From positions 1 to 64,000 of the forward strand of contig CAVZPM010000032.1 of assembly GCA_963777155.1 (NCBI GenBank): 64,000 nt of DNA, written 5' to 3'. The first letter of the stretch is position 1; every line of letters begins with the position of its first letter. Below are positions 30,467 to 40,422 of this stretch, piece after piece. A program made the position numbers and the translations under genes. The notes below the pieces were generated by a model that saw nothing but the letters and a program-made list of their open reading frames with translations, was not told the DNA's origin and did no database searches. Source of the stretch: Candidatus Bathyarchaeota archaeon (GTDB lineage Archaea; Thermoproteota; Bathyarchaeia; Bathyarchaeales; Bathycorpusculaceae).

Positions 30467-31958
30467 CTATATCGATTGAGGCGTCGGAATCGTCATCACG
30501 AATTTTACTCCTTCGCCAGGTTTGCCTTCTTCAGTTATTGTCCAACCGTAAACTTCCAGCATCTTCTTGGACAAAAATAATCCGAAACCTGTGCTACCTC
30601 CAGTACTAAATCCTTGTTTGAAGATTTGTTGTTTGTTTTCTAAGGGTATACCTACACCATCATCTTCGTAGATCAGCTGCAGACCACTTTGAGCTGTTTT
30701 TTGGTAGCTTACCCTAACAGTTGTGGTTTTTTGGCCATATTTTCTTGTGTTGTCAATAAAGTTGTAGATGAGTTGTCTTAGCAAAGAATCGGCTCGAACA
30801 TTCAAACCATGGCATTCATTAACCACTTTAAAAGGCAAACCAGAAAACATCTCAACAGCGTCATTAACAGTCTTCTCAACGTCAACATTAACTAGATTCT
30901 CAACGCCTAACTGCTCGTAAACTTTGGCGAAATCAAATATCTTCACAGAATCCTTAACAGACGTTTCCATTTTACCTAAACTATCAACAATATCAGGTCT
31001 ATCAGCGTACCTCTTTTTCAAAATATATGAATAATTAGTGATTATTGATAGTTTATTTCGAACATCGTGCCTAGTTAAACTACCGACAACATGTAGTTTC
31101 TCATTAAGCAGTTGCGATTTAGATAGTGCTTGACTTAATTCTTCTTGTGCTGTAATTATTTCCCCGATATCCTTGAAAACAAACATAGAACCGATTACTT
31201 CATCACCTAAACTCACTTGACTACCAGTCAACAATAGTGGAATTTCAACTCCGTCCTTCCTTTTCCGTGTAGTAACAATTTCTACCAAACCAGATTTGAT
31301 TCGCTCACGGATAGTTTTCGTTTCTTCTTGTGCATCATCAGGAACAATGAGCTCTATGATGTCTTTTCCTATGATTTCATCAAGCGAATACCCAAATAAT
31401 TTGCTAAATCGATGGTTAGCTTCAATTACACGAAAATTTGCATCATAAAAAACCGCTGCCTCCGGATTCGCATCAAACAATGCACTAAATTTCTTTTGAC
31501 TCTCCATCAAAGCAACTTCAGTTAGTCTGCGCTGAGTTATGTTCTCAAAGACAGCTGCAAAATAACCTTTTTTTGGACTATACGCAAGTATAGAAAGCCA
31601 CATCTTTAGAGGCCAAAGAAAAACTTCGAATCTTTCTGCTCCACCTGTCTTAGAAACTTTGCCATAGATGTCAAATAATTCGGGGTTAGTTTCTTTGATA
31701 CCTGGAATTGCCTCGGTAACATTTCGACCAACCACGGTCTGTCTTTTTAGCCCTGTTAACTTCTCAAAAGCATCGTTAACTTCTAGATAGACAAAATCAA
31801 CAGGTTTACCAGCTTCATCAAATATGCATTTTGCAATACGCAAAACCATCCAGCATGTTATCAAACAAAGAACGGTATTTCTCTTCACTCTCTCCTAACT
31901 CCGCAGTTATGTTCTTGACTGAGGCGAAAGAGGGAGTATTTGAATCAGGCACAGTCAA
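30467..31958 (-). CDS. PAS-PAS sensor histidine kinase (frameshift near 31825)
   Basis: ESEEKYRSLFDNM, EVNDAFE..TGL, H-box RHDVRNKL, N-box NFIDN, DDGVGI, GFGL. Confidence 0.92.
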
Positions 31959-32284
31959 TCCTCATTAAATAATATTATGGGCTATAAGGGCGAGTATTAA
32001 AAGATATTGAATCCACAATTCAGATAATACATTTTTTTTAAAAAAAGTGTTAAAATTCAATATTTAAGAATTACATTCTATCATGGATAGCCATGGTTTG
32101 TGAATGCCAATAGGGTTGAAATTAGTCTTCATGATCGTTAAAATTTCATAGTGGAACATTTGAGAATAATCAGTCTTAAGAGCACAATCTCTTTTTATTA
32201 GGATTATTATTCAAAATTCAACGAAGGGCTTAGGTTTTGGTTATGGCAAACTTTACATTGAAGTTTCTTTTTAATCTCAGGTAG

Positions 32285-32521
32285 GTGAAACCTATGGTAG
32301 TTCCTTTTTACATGCTAATTAGAACCCGAGTTGGTAAATCAAGAGACGTTGTTCATGCCTCACTTAAGATTGAAGGAGTAAAAATATCCCATTCCGTTAT
32401 GGGCAACTATGACGTAATACTCTACGCAGAAGGAAAAGACCTCGAAGACGTAAGACGCATCCGAGACGCCGTATTCGACATTCCAAACATAACAATTACA
32501 GAAACAGTAGTCCATGCCTAA
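32285..32521 (+). CDS. Lrp/AsnC ligand-binding (RAM) domain-only protein
   Basis: Y.LI....GK...V...L.IEGV....V.G.YDVI, TET; no HTH. Confidence 0.85.
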   Translation: MKPMVVPFYMLIRTRVGKSRDVVHASLKIEGVKISHSVMGNYDVILYAEGKDLEDVRRIRDAVFDIPNITITETVVHA

Positions 32522-32663
32522 TTTTGGAGCTAATTTTAGTCAATCTAAGAAACCCTTTTTTCCATCAATCTTTCTTAAGAATGATACGTTGTTTATTCAC
32601 TCTATGGAGTGCCCACCAGAAGCTGGTAAATGAGGGGTTCTTTGTTTGCAAAGAGGTTATCTG

Positions 32664-33179
32664 TTAGTAGAGTGAAGCTACGATTGCAGTCTCCGCTCCT
32701 TGAATTTCAGGGACCTCTTTTTGTATTTGACAAATAAGTCGTTGTAGGTCTTTGTTATCGTTTGCTTTTACCGCGGATATTACGTCGTAGGGTCCAAAGA
32801 CAGTATCAGCTGACAAAACCTTTGGAATATTTTGGAGCTTTTCCTGAACCAGTTCAAGATTGGCTGCTTGTGTATGTAAGAATAGGAAAGCATACGGTTC
32901 CTGAGTGAAAGATTTACCTTCTGAGATAACGATGAAAGTCTCCGTTTTGTCAATCATTGCCTCTTGAGTAGTTGTCTTTCTTATAGGATTAAACCATTTT
33001 GTGATGAATTCGTCAAGATTTTTTAGTCTGCATAGTTGGATGAGAACTTCCGCAGGACCAAGAAGCAAGTGTATATCTTTCTTGGACAAGCCCATTTTGA
33101 TCAACTCATCCAAAACTTTCGTTTTAGCGCCCACCTTGCAAGATACTGTATTGCAAGATAACAACATATACGCTTTCAT
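32664..33179 (-). CDS. tandem Lrp/AsnC RAM-domain protein
   Basis: Two RAM-like halves (LLGPAEVL..TET; VFGPYDVI..AET). Confidence 0.8.
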   Translation of the reverse strand: MKAYMLLSCNTVSCKVGAKTKVLDELIKMGLSKKDIHLLLGPAEVLIQLCRLKNLDEFITKWFNPIRKTTTQEAMIDKTETFIVISEGKSFTQEPYAFLFLHTQAANLELVQEKLQNIPKVLSADTVFGPYDVISAVKANDNKDLQRLICQIQKEVPEIQGAETAIVASLY

Positions 33180-33525
33180 AAAAGGTACCTATAATATATT
33201 GATTGTATCCAACTCATAAATTTACCTAGTTCTGTGTCTTAAGAGGCTATTTAGTTCCATAGTTGACTGATTCTTAGAACTAATTACAACTGCTTATTCA
33301 TCCTCTAACCAGTTGAGCAAAAACGCAGCTCTTGGTTACGAGTTCAGAAGTTCTGCTTTGTAGGTGTCGTTCGCTTTTTTACAAGATAATGTATGTTTAA
33401 TAACAAATGTTCCTCAGAATAATTGCAATAAATATATGTTAAAAAATAAGATAATTGTCGATCTTATCCGAGCTTGAAAAGGCAGGCACTTTATTTTACG
33501 CCCATATAAATATCGATAATCAACA

Positions 33526-33843
33526 ATGTTTTTATATTGTATATCAATACAGCATATAATTGCTAAACTAAGACCTTCGGGGGTCAAAAAAGCGGAAGAG
33601 CAACCAAAAGAATTTGACGTTTCCGAGTTAATAACAAATTTGAAAGATATTAAAAAAGAAGAACAAGACCTTCTCAGTAAAAGGAACGAATTGCAGTCAA
33701 TTGAGTTAAAACTTCGGAATCAGGCAATAATAGAATTTGGGGAAAAGAAAAACACAATCGAAAGGTTAAAAGTACAGATCGCGTTCTTGCAGAAGAAATG
33801 TAATGAGTTAGAACAAGCTCTTGGCATCGGACTTCCGCTTTAG
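33526..33843 (+). CDS. coiled-coil hypothetical protein
   Basis: Heptad-rich, E/K/Q-rich. Confidence 0.65.
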   Translation: MFLYCISIQHIIAKLRPSGVKKAEEQPKEFDVSELITNLKDIKKEEQDLLSKRNELQSIELKLRNQAIIEFGEKKNTIERLKVQIAFLQKKCNELEQALGIGLPL

Positions 33844-34333
33844 AATTGGAAACGGCAAGATAATGAAAAAAAACAAAAACATATTTTTACACATAATAGA
33901 AGAGGATTACAAGAAAAAAAGATATGAACAAAAGCAATGCTTTGAAGTCTCAGGAAAAGCCTTCTTATTATCAGAACCTCAGAACGAAAATGGTTCCTTA
34001 GCTAAACAATTAGAAAAACTCCACGAATCCTTGATTGTGAATGACCAGCAAATATTGGATGAACCAAATCAAGAAAGGCAACAAAACTCTAACAAGTTAA
34101 CTAATTCGTTCGATGATTCAGAACTGAATAAATTTTCTCAAAAAATAGAAACAGAAGAACAAGAACCTATAGACCACACACAAAATAAGCAATCCAAAGA
34201 GCAAGATCTTCGAGAAAGATTGTTTAAAGAAATAAGCGAAAAGAAAAAGGTAATTGAAGCGCTACAAATAGAAATCTTGACTCTCCAGAATATCTGTAAA
34301 GAATTATCCCAAGAACTTTTGAGTAATTACTAG
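33821..34333 (+). CDS. coiled-coil hypothetical protein (C-terminus paralogous to the upstream gene)
   Basis: EKKKVIEALQIEILTLQNICKELSQEL. Confidence 0.65.
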   Translation: MASDFRFRIGNGKIMKKNKNIFLHIIEEDYKKKRYEQKQCFEVSGKAFLLSEPQNENGSLAKQLEKLHESLIVNDQQILDEPNQERQQNSNKLTNSFDDSELNKFSQKIETEEQEPIDHTQNKQSKEQDLRERLFKEISEKKKVIEALQIEILTLQNICKELSQELLSNY

Positions 34334-34530
34334 ACGGCAAATAAAAACTGCGTTAATTCATTTGCTAAAAGCAAATTTTTGAGTCATAAGTAGATTACTC
34401 ATTTCTTTACAGGCCTTCTTTTCCAAAGAAAGAGGAAGCGTAGTCACCCTGAAAATGGGTGTAAAGCCGTAATTCATCAAAAGCAACTGAAGATTTACAA
34501 AAGGTTAAATCTAAAAAAAATAATCTTATT

Positions 34531-34845
34531 TTGGTGTACAAGATGGTTGTCGCAAGAATAGCAAAGTTCTTCTTTAAATCTGGAAAACGTGAAGAAGGCT
34601 TTGCCGAGTTAGACCTAATACTAAACAAGCTTGTGCGAAGTGCAAAAGGGTACCGAGGTTATGTTTCGATGTTTTCATGCGATGATGATGACGTTGCAAT
34701 AATCATGACTATGTGGGAGGACAATGAGTCCTTTCTAGAATCTCAAGAGCTATTTTCATCCACAATGGACAAAGTTTTACCCTTCTTTGAAAAGAAACCT
34801 GAAGTAGAACATCACAGAATTGACACCGTCAATTTCAGCCCTTAG
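34531..34845 (+). CDS. antibiotic biosynthesis monooxygenase (ABM) family protein
   Basis: ARI..F..K.GK.EE, AKGYRG, T.WE. Confidence 0.8.
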   Translation: MVYKMVVARIAKFFFKSGKREEGFAELDLILNKLVRSAKGYRGYVSMFSCDDDDVAIIMTMWEDNESFLESQELFSSTMDKVLPFFEKKPEVEHHRIDTVNFSP

Positions 34846-34951
34846 CCAGAGATAAAAGACTTTTTTTAGTCAACATATCTTTTGCTGTGATAATACCTTA
34901 AAAGCTATCTTAGAGTAGTAAATGATTAATTGATATGGGAATGAGTATAGC

Positions 34952-35545
34952 ATGGAACTATCCTATAAGGTAGGATTCGGATTTTCTGAAAGAAGACATT
35001 TGCCTGTAGTTAAAGTTGGTCGAGTTTCATTTCCAATATGGAAATATCCTTATGCTAAACGAGTTAGCAAAATGCTATCAACTTTAAGCTTAGACGATTA
35101 TGCAAGAGATCTTCTATATCTTGAGTTGGAGCAATTTGAAAAATATTATTTGCCACCCTTCTCACTGCAAGACAAAACAGTCTTAGATTTAGGAGCTTGT
35201 TGTGGTGAGACAGCTTATTTTTTCCTTCAAAAAGGCGCTAAAAAAGTAGTTTGCATAGAGCCTGATTCTAACAGAGCGAGATTGATAGATGAGAATAAAA
35301 GAAAACTAAACCTTAACATAGATATTATAAACGATTTTTTTAATCCAAACCAACTCTTGATAGAGCACGATTTTATTAAGTGTGATATAGAAGGACAAGA
35401 AATAACTTTGATCCCTTACGCTAAAGAGCTAAAGCCTTGCATTCTTGAAGCCCACGGACCTTCTATTGAAAAGCAATTTAGAGAAACCAATTTCCACACA
35501 ATTTTTCGCCAAAAGAATGGTTTCTCTTTAATGACTAATTATTAA
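34952..35545 (+). CDS. FkbM-like SAM-dependent methyltransferase
   Basis: VLDLGACCGET, IEPD, IKCDIEG.E, EAH. Confidence 0.8.
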   Translation: MELSYKVGFGFSERRHLPVVKVGRVSFPIWKYPYAKRVSKMLSTLSLDDYARDLLYLELEQFEKYYLPPFSLQDKTVLDLGACCGETAYFFLQKGAKKVVCIEPDSNRARLIDENKRKLNLNIDIINDFFNPNQLLIEHDFIKCDIEGQEITLIPYAKELKPCILEAHGPSIEKQFRETNFHTIFRQKNGFSLMTNY

Positions 35546-35612
35546 CTTCGTTTTCTAAATCTCGTATTATTTTAATCTGCAACCATTTGCGAGTTATTGC
35601 ATGACAGAGACC

Positions 35613-37061
35613 TTACTTGCGAGAAGGACTCCAAAAATGGAGTATATGCGCTAAGCTATATGTATTCATTTCATGATTCGTTGGGCGCTTCTTTCCCACT
35701 TTGCATTGCCACACCACCAATACTGCCAACACAGTCGCCACTGCTATCCCCACCGCCACAACTACATCTAAAACTGGGAAACCTGAATCGCCAAGGGCTG
35801 CACCGTGCCCCGATACCGATACTTTGGCAATCCAGAATTTGTCAGCCGCAGATGTTGAACCGCTGACTTCTTGGGAGCGTTCATATAAGAAGCTGCCCGT
35901 AAAGACTGCTCCACCATCGCTTATGGGCGCCAACTGCGAGAGCCCGCTGAGCATGTATGGGTTGACTGTTAGGAGGTCACTTCGGGTTTGGATTTCGCCT
36001 GCAGTGTTGGTTTGCCAGATCCAAATATGTGACATCTTGGAGTCATCAGGTTCCGTACCGGCGCCTAACAGAAGAAATCCATCTTGAGTGCTATTCAAGA
36101 CTGAATAAACCTGGTTGGTGGATGTGTAGGTTCGGTTCCACAGCATTTTTCCCTCCAAGTCGGTTCGGATAATCATGCCGCCTGACCATGAGCCGTCGGG
36201 TGCAGCCATGCCTCCGATAAGGTAACCGTCGCTTAGCACAACTGCGCATTCTCCGCTGGTATGGTAGTAGTTGTCTGCTCCGCCATAGCTTTGTGTCCAC
36301 TGGATGTTGCCGCTTGGATCAATCTTCATTAGCGAAGTAGATGAAGGTGAAATCGGATGGGATTGCCCCTGATTGTTAAGAAGCAGAAAGCCGCCGTCGC
36401 TTGTCTGCGTAGTCCAAGATACAGAGCCTGAAAGCCATGGGAAAATTGGATGCCCTACGGGAAGTGCTTTGCTATATTCCAATTGACCGCTGGCGTAAAC
36501 TTTCGTTATCACTATGAATGGGGTGGATGGGGTTGATTCATAGAAGGCGCCCACTAACAAGCAGCCGCCGTCGCTTGTTGCAGTCAAAGCGCCAGCTTGA
36601 AAATAATTTTTGGATCGCTCAAACGTGCCCAGTGTCTTCCAAACCACGTCGCCTGCGCTGCTGATTTTTATAAGGCAGAAATGAGGAGAACTGGGATACT
36701 GGTCTGCGTCGACGACTCCGCCGAGAATATAGCCGCCGCTTACTTCGACGACTTGCGAGAGCCGAGTCCGCGGGCCGCCCTCTTCGTAGACGATGGTCTT
36801 ACTCCATACCAAATTGCCGTCGCCGTCGGTTTTAGCCACAACAGGGTGGGTGCCATAGAATTCGCCGGTGGTGGAGTTGTAAGAGGCGTCTTCCCCCAAA
36901 GCTAAGTACCCTCCGTCACTGGTTGATATAACAGCGGTGCCGCTTAAACCGGGCAGGGAACGCTGCCACTCTAAACCGTAACTGTCGCCTTGAGCCAAAG
37001 CGGAAGAAAAAAGCAAAGCAGCCAACATAACAACAAGGGTGCAGACAAGTTTTGTGTGCAT
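35613..37061 (-). CDS. secreted repeat (beta-propeller-like) protein with C-terminal TM
   Basis: Repeated TSDGG..L.G and K.D..GN..W...Y units; visibly more GC-rich than neighbours. Confidence 0.8.
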   Translation of the reverse strand: MHTKLVCTLVVMLAALLFSSALAQGDSYGLEWQRSLPGLSGTAVISTSDGGYLALGEDASYNSTTGEFYGTHPVVAKTDGDGNLVWSKTIVYEEGGPRTRLSQVVEVSGGYILGGVVDADQYPSSPHFCLIKISSAGDVVWKTLGTFERSKNYFQAGALTATSDGGCLLVGAFYESTPSTPFIVITKVYASGQLEYSKALPVGHPIFPWLSGSVSWTTQTSDGGFLLLNNQGQSHPISPSSTSLMKIDPSGNIQWTQSYGGADNYYHTSGECAVVLSDGYLIGGMAAPDGSWSGGMIIRTDLEGKMLWNRTYTSTNQVYSVLNSTQDGFLLLGAGTEPDDSKMSHIWIWQTNTAGEIQTRSDLLTVNPYMLSGLSQLAPISDGGAVFTGSFLYERSQEVSGSTSAADKFWIAKVSVSGHGAALGDSGFPVLDVVVAVGIAVATVLAVLVVWQCKVGKKRPTNHEMNTYSLAHILHFWSPSRK

Positions 37062-37365
37062 GTACGGTCCTAAGAAGGGAAGACATGTATCTGCTTAAAG
37101 TTTACGCAGAGTCACCTGTTTGGAGTCTAATAGCGTATTTATACAGAAAGCCTATTGCGCCTTTTGGTTTTATGATTTAAGTTGCCTTTCTGAAAAATTT
37201 TTTGGACAATGTTTCTTTAACGCTCGCAGCAACTTATTTTAGCACATAATTTAGGGCAAGCCAGAGCGCCAAATAGTAAAAGAAGTGTTTTTGATGTATA
37301 TATCTGCATGTTAATAATGCTTAATAGATAAAATCACACGCGTTATAAATCATGCACCTAAGGGT

Positions 37366-37566
37366 TTGGAGATTATGGTTCAGTTAACTTTGTTCGCCTT
37401 ACCTTGCGCCATTCTATTCTTGATTAGTCTTATTTCATTTAATTACTTGGTATCCATGATGGTTGGTTCATTGGGCGCTTTCTTAATTATCGCATTATGC
37501 ATTAAGATTAACAAGATTAATAATAAGAAAATAGATACAGCTGAACAACTAAAAAAGCAGAAATAG
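37366..37566 (+). CDS. small membrane protein
   Basis: Two hydrophobic segments with basic tail. Confidence 0.45.
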   Translation: MEIMVQLTLFALPCAILFLISLISFNYLVSMMVGSLGAFLIIALCIKINKINNKKIDTAEQLKKQK

Positions 37567-37879
37567 TGCGCTTCCTTAAAGAACATTTATCTTTTGAAAT
37601 ATTCCAAGTTTGAAATATGACTTATATAATATTTCTAATTATAGTCAATTGGAGAAGGACGAGGAGAAAGGAGAAAAACTCCATGCACCAAGAGGTAGGA
37701 GCCTTCCAATCTCTTGTCTCGCTTCTCCATTAATCTCAATATCACCCTACCTACTAACCAGTTTTTCTTTTAAAACATTTTAACCATTCATGAGTTGAGA
37801 AGTAGGTTAACTATTTCGTAGTGGCTATTTTGTATGCATAAAACGCGAGAAAAAAAAAGAGGAATTTTGTTATTACTCT

Positions 37880-38074
37880 TTAGTTTTTTGCCAATGCCAC
37901 CGCTGCTACAATTGCAATTATTGCGCCAAGTCCAATTATTATCCAGTATAGGTAGGTTAGGTCCCAATCTGGGAGGACATAGCACCAAAGCAAAGAAACC
38001 AGTATCACTAGAATGCCTAAAACGAGTTCTGCTCCTGCAAAAGCTTTAGACGCTGCCATTCTCTTTTTCTCCAA
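37880..38074 (-). CDS. small membrane protein
   Basis: Two TM helices, 64 aa. Confidence 0.6.
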   Translation of the reverse strand: MEKKRMAASKAFAGAELVLGILVILVSLLWCYVLPDWDLTYLYWIIIGLGAIIAIVAAVALAKN

Positions 38075-38261
38075 AAAAATATGGTGGAAATCAACTTTTA
38101 AATTTTGCTATGCTATAACTCGCAGGAAGGGGACAGGTCATCCAATAAAACGACCGAGTGCTAAATCGTAATTTGTCGTTCGTCTGGAACGTGCGAACGC
38201 GCTAACCTTAACCCAAGAAAGAGGCGACCTTATAAAGTTAAACACTAGTTCACTCTATGCT

Positions 38262-39353
38262 GTGGACTTATCCATGGCTAACAAACCCTTCACTTTAGCA
38301 TGCATTATCCTAATCACCTTCATGCTAACCACAACTGTAACTTGTGCCGAACCAATTAACTCCGCATATTACAGCAATAGTTTCGACTCACCCTCATCAT
38401 TAAACGATGGATACTGGTCGGCTAACGACACACAAATTCAAACCATAAACGGCACAAACGTACTCGAAATCAACGGTGAAGCATCCTTCAACCCTCAACA
38501 TGGCAACTACGCATTAAACAACTTCACCATACAATTCGACGTATACCACAACGTCGTATACGAAAATAACACGGCTTATAGCGGTCCATTCTATCAAGCA
38601 GCCGATAGTGAAAACAGAACTATCCTATTAATGGGTTATATTCAAAGAGAAACATCTAATGGCAACCAAGTAGAAGTCCATCAAGAAGGCTTCCTCACCG
38701 ATCTATTGACTTATCACCATTATTACTTCCTATTCAACCGTTCATCCGAATGGTCAACATGGCGTCTAACAGGCTACATCGCCCAAGTAGATGGCATAGA
38801 GGGATTCTATAGGGCTAACTTTACTATACAAGTAGACAATGAAACTATAACTTCCTTTAGAAGTGACTCTATAATACCAGAAGGAACGGTACACAATATT
38901 ACAAACGAGGAAGTTAGACCAATAGCATACCATAACATCTATCCACTACCTCAAACTGGCGTTATGATTATTCCAACAGCATCAACCAATAACGGTATTC
39001 ACTACAGCTACCTAACCAACAAAGTTAGCACGATACTGCATAACCAAGCGATACCATCTTACGTCGACAACTTCCTCTACGGCTACGCAAATACTGTTCC
39101 AATCTCCGCAACTTCAACCTCCACACCAACACCAACTCCCACACCAATTCCTACCTCTCAAACTGCAACGTACTTACCAACGCCAACTATCACCCCGAAT
39201 CCTACCTCGCAAACTTCAACGTACGCTCCAACACCAACTGTCCCAGAATTTACAACGATTTTAATTCTGCCGTTGTTCCTTTTCGTTTTATTTCTCGCTG
39301 TAATACTCAGACAGCAAAATACCAGAAATAAGAACTATTGCCTTAGGAGTTAA
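38262..39353 (+). CDS. secreted glycoprotein with PT linker and PEF-CTERM-like sorting signal
   Basis: Signal peptide, many NxS/T, PTPTVPEF-TM-basic tail. Confidence 0.8.
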   Translation: MDLSMANKPFTLACIILITFMLTTTVTCAEPINSAYYSNSFDSPSSLNDGYWSANDTQIQTINGTNVLEINGEASFNPQHGNYALNNFTIQFDVYHNVVYENNTAYSGPFYQAADSENRTILLMGYIQRETSNGNQVEVHQEGFLTDLLTYHHYYFLFNRSSEWSTWRLTGYIAQVDGIEGFYRANFTIQVDNETITSFRSDSIIPEGTVHNITNEEVRPIAYHNIYPLPQTGVMIIPTASTNNGIHYSYLTNKVSTILHNQAIPSYVDNFLYGYANTVPISATSTSTPTPTPTPIPTSQTATYLPTPTITPNPTSQTSTYAPTPTVPEFTTILILPLFLFVLFLAVILRQQNTRNKNYCLRS

Positions 39354-39577
39354 AGTCACCAACTACGAAGACTGTCGCTTTGCAGAAAGGCTTCTAGCGT
39401 TTTTCTTTGGTAAAGCGGAGCGAACGCGAAAACGGGAGCAACGCCATCGCGTAAATTGTAAATGATTCTAAAATATACTGCTAAAATTAAATCACAAGAT
39501 TATTTCTTTCTGAATTGAATAAGTATAATAGTGAATAAAGTTAATTAATTTATTAGCCAATTAGGAGAAAAGGGCTT

Positions 39578-40081
39578 TTGGAGCCAAAACGAACAAGAAA
39601 CTGGGAGTTATGGTTCTCAGTAATCATTATTGCCTTAACCATTTTCTTAATGATTGCCTACTATAATCGTTGGTTCAGCTTTGCCGCGCGAATCGGTCCA
39701 TTTCGAATTATTCATTATCTTGCATTTGCTGGCACTCTATATATTGCATTTGGAGTGATTTTGTTTACCGTGTTGAAGCGCAGAACCCCCAACAAATATA
39801 AGTTGCTTTTAAGGGTGCACTCGTTAGGTAATCTTTTTGCGTTTCTGATTATTTCCTTACATTTCGCAGGCCAACTTAACAGACCTCCGCCCCTTCCTGA
39901 TTTTGGAACAGGTTTATCTTTGTATATCGGAATGGTTTCATTGGTAGTGACTGGATTAGTTCTTAAATTTAGCTTGTTTAGTCTTAGTCCTGCAACTAAT
40001 CGTTTTATTCACGCAGGTTTAGCCATCGCTTTTTACCTAATAATAATCGTTCACATTCTTCATGGCCTAAATATCATTTAA
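39578..40081 (+). CDS. membrane protein with intramembrane His pairs (cytochrome b-like)
   Basis: 5 TM; IIH, RVH..G, SLH, FIH, IVH. Confidence 0.6.
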   Translation: MEPKRTRNWELWFSVIIIALTIFLMIAYYNRWFSFAARIGPFRIIHYLAFAGTLYIAFGVILFTVLKRRTPNKYKLLLRVHSLGNLFAFLIISLHFAGQLNRPPPLPDFGTGLSLYIGMVSLVVTGLVLKFSLFSLSPATNRFIHAGLAIAFYLIIIVHILHGLNII

Positions 40082-40228
40082 ATCAATTTTTATGTTTTAG
40101 CAAAATCTTACCCTAATGACGCGCGGAAGCGAGAGCGCAGCGTAACCGAAGCGAGCAAGAAAGGTCCTGTTAATCTGAAAAGTACTCGTCTATTAAGGCT
40201 CGGTGTCTTTCAATATCTGTTTTCTCGT

Positions 40229-40303
40229 ATGCTAACATGGCAGTATGTTCTAACTCCCCCTCAAGGCGTTATGATGTTTAGGAACGCGAAAAAACGAAAT
40301 TAG
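40229..40303 (+). pseudogene. probable C-terminal remnant of a tyrosine integrase
   Basis: WQYVLTPPQGVMMFRNAKKRN* resembles, from recall, the GFEYV...G..LFRK tail of archaeal integrases; abuts the att-like site. Confidence 0.45.
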
Positions 40304-40351
40304 GTGTATTATTAGAATAGGCTGGTGTGTTGGACGTAATACACCTAATTT
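40297..40351. mobile_element. att-like site: perfect 15-bp inverted repeat overlapping a copy of the rnpB 3' end
   Basis: AAATTAGGTGTATTA...TAATACACCTAATTT; 40306-40333 matches 42931-42958 at 24/28. Confidence 0.65.
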
Positions 40352-40422
40352 GGCGAAATTGCCACTAATTCCCTTTTTTCTTTTTTTTGATTTAGTTTTA
40401 AAAGTGTTAAGAATTTTTAGTG

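Noticed and set aside
37200-40200. Integron attC cassette array
   Set aside because: Genes alternate in orientation, no consistent RYYYAAC...GTTRRRY boxed palindromes were found, and there is no intI.
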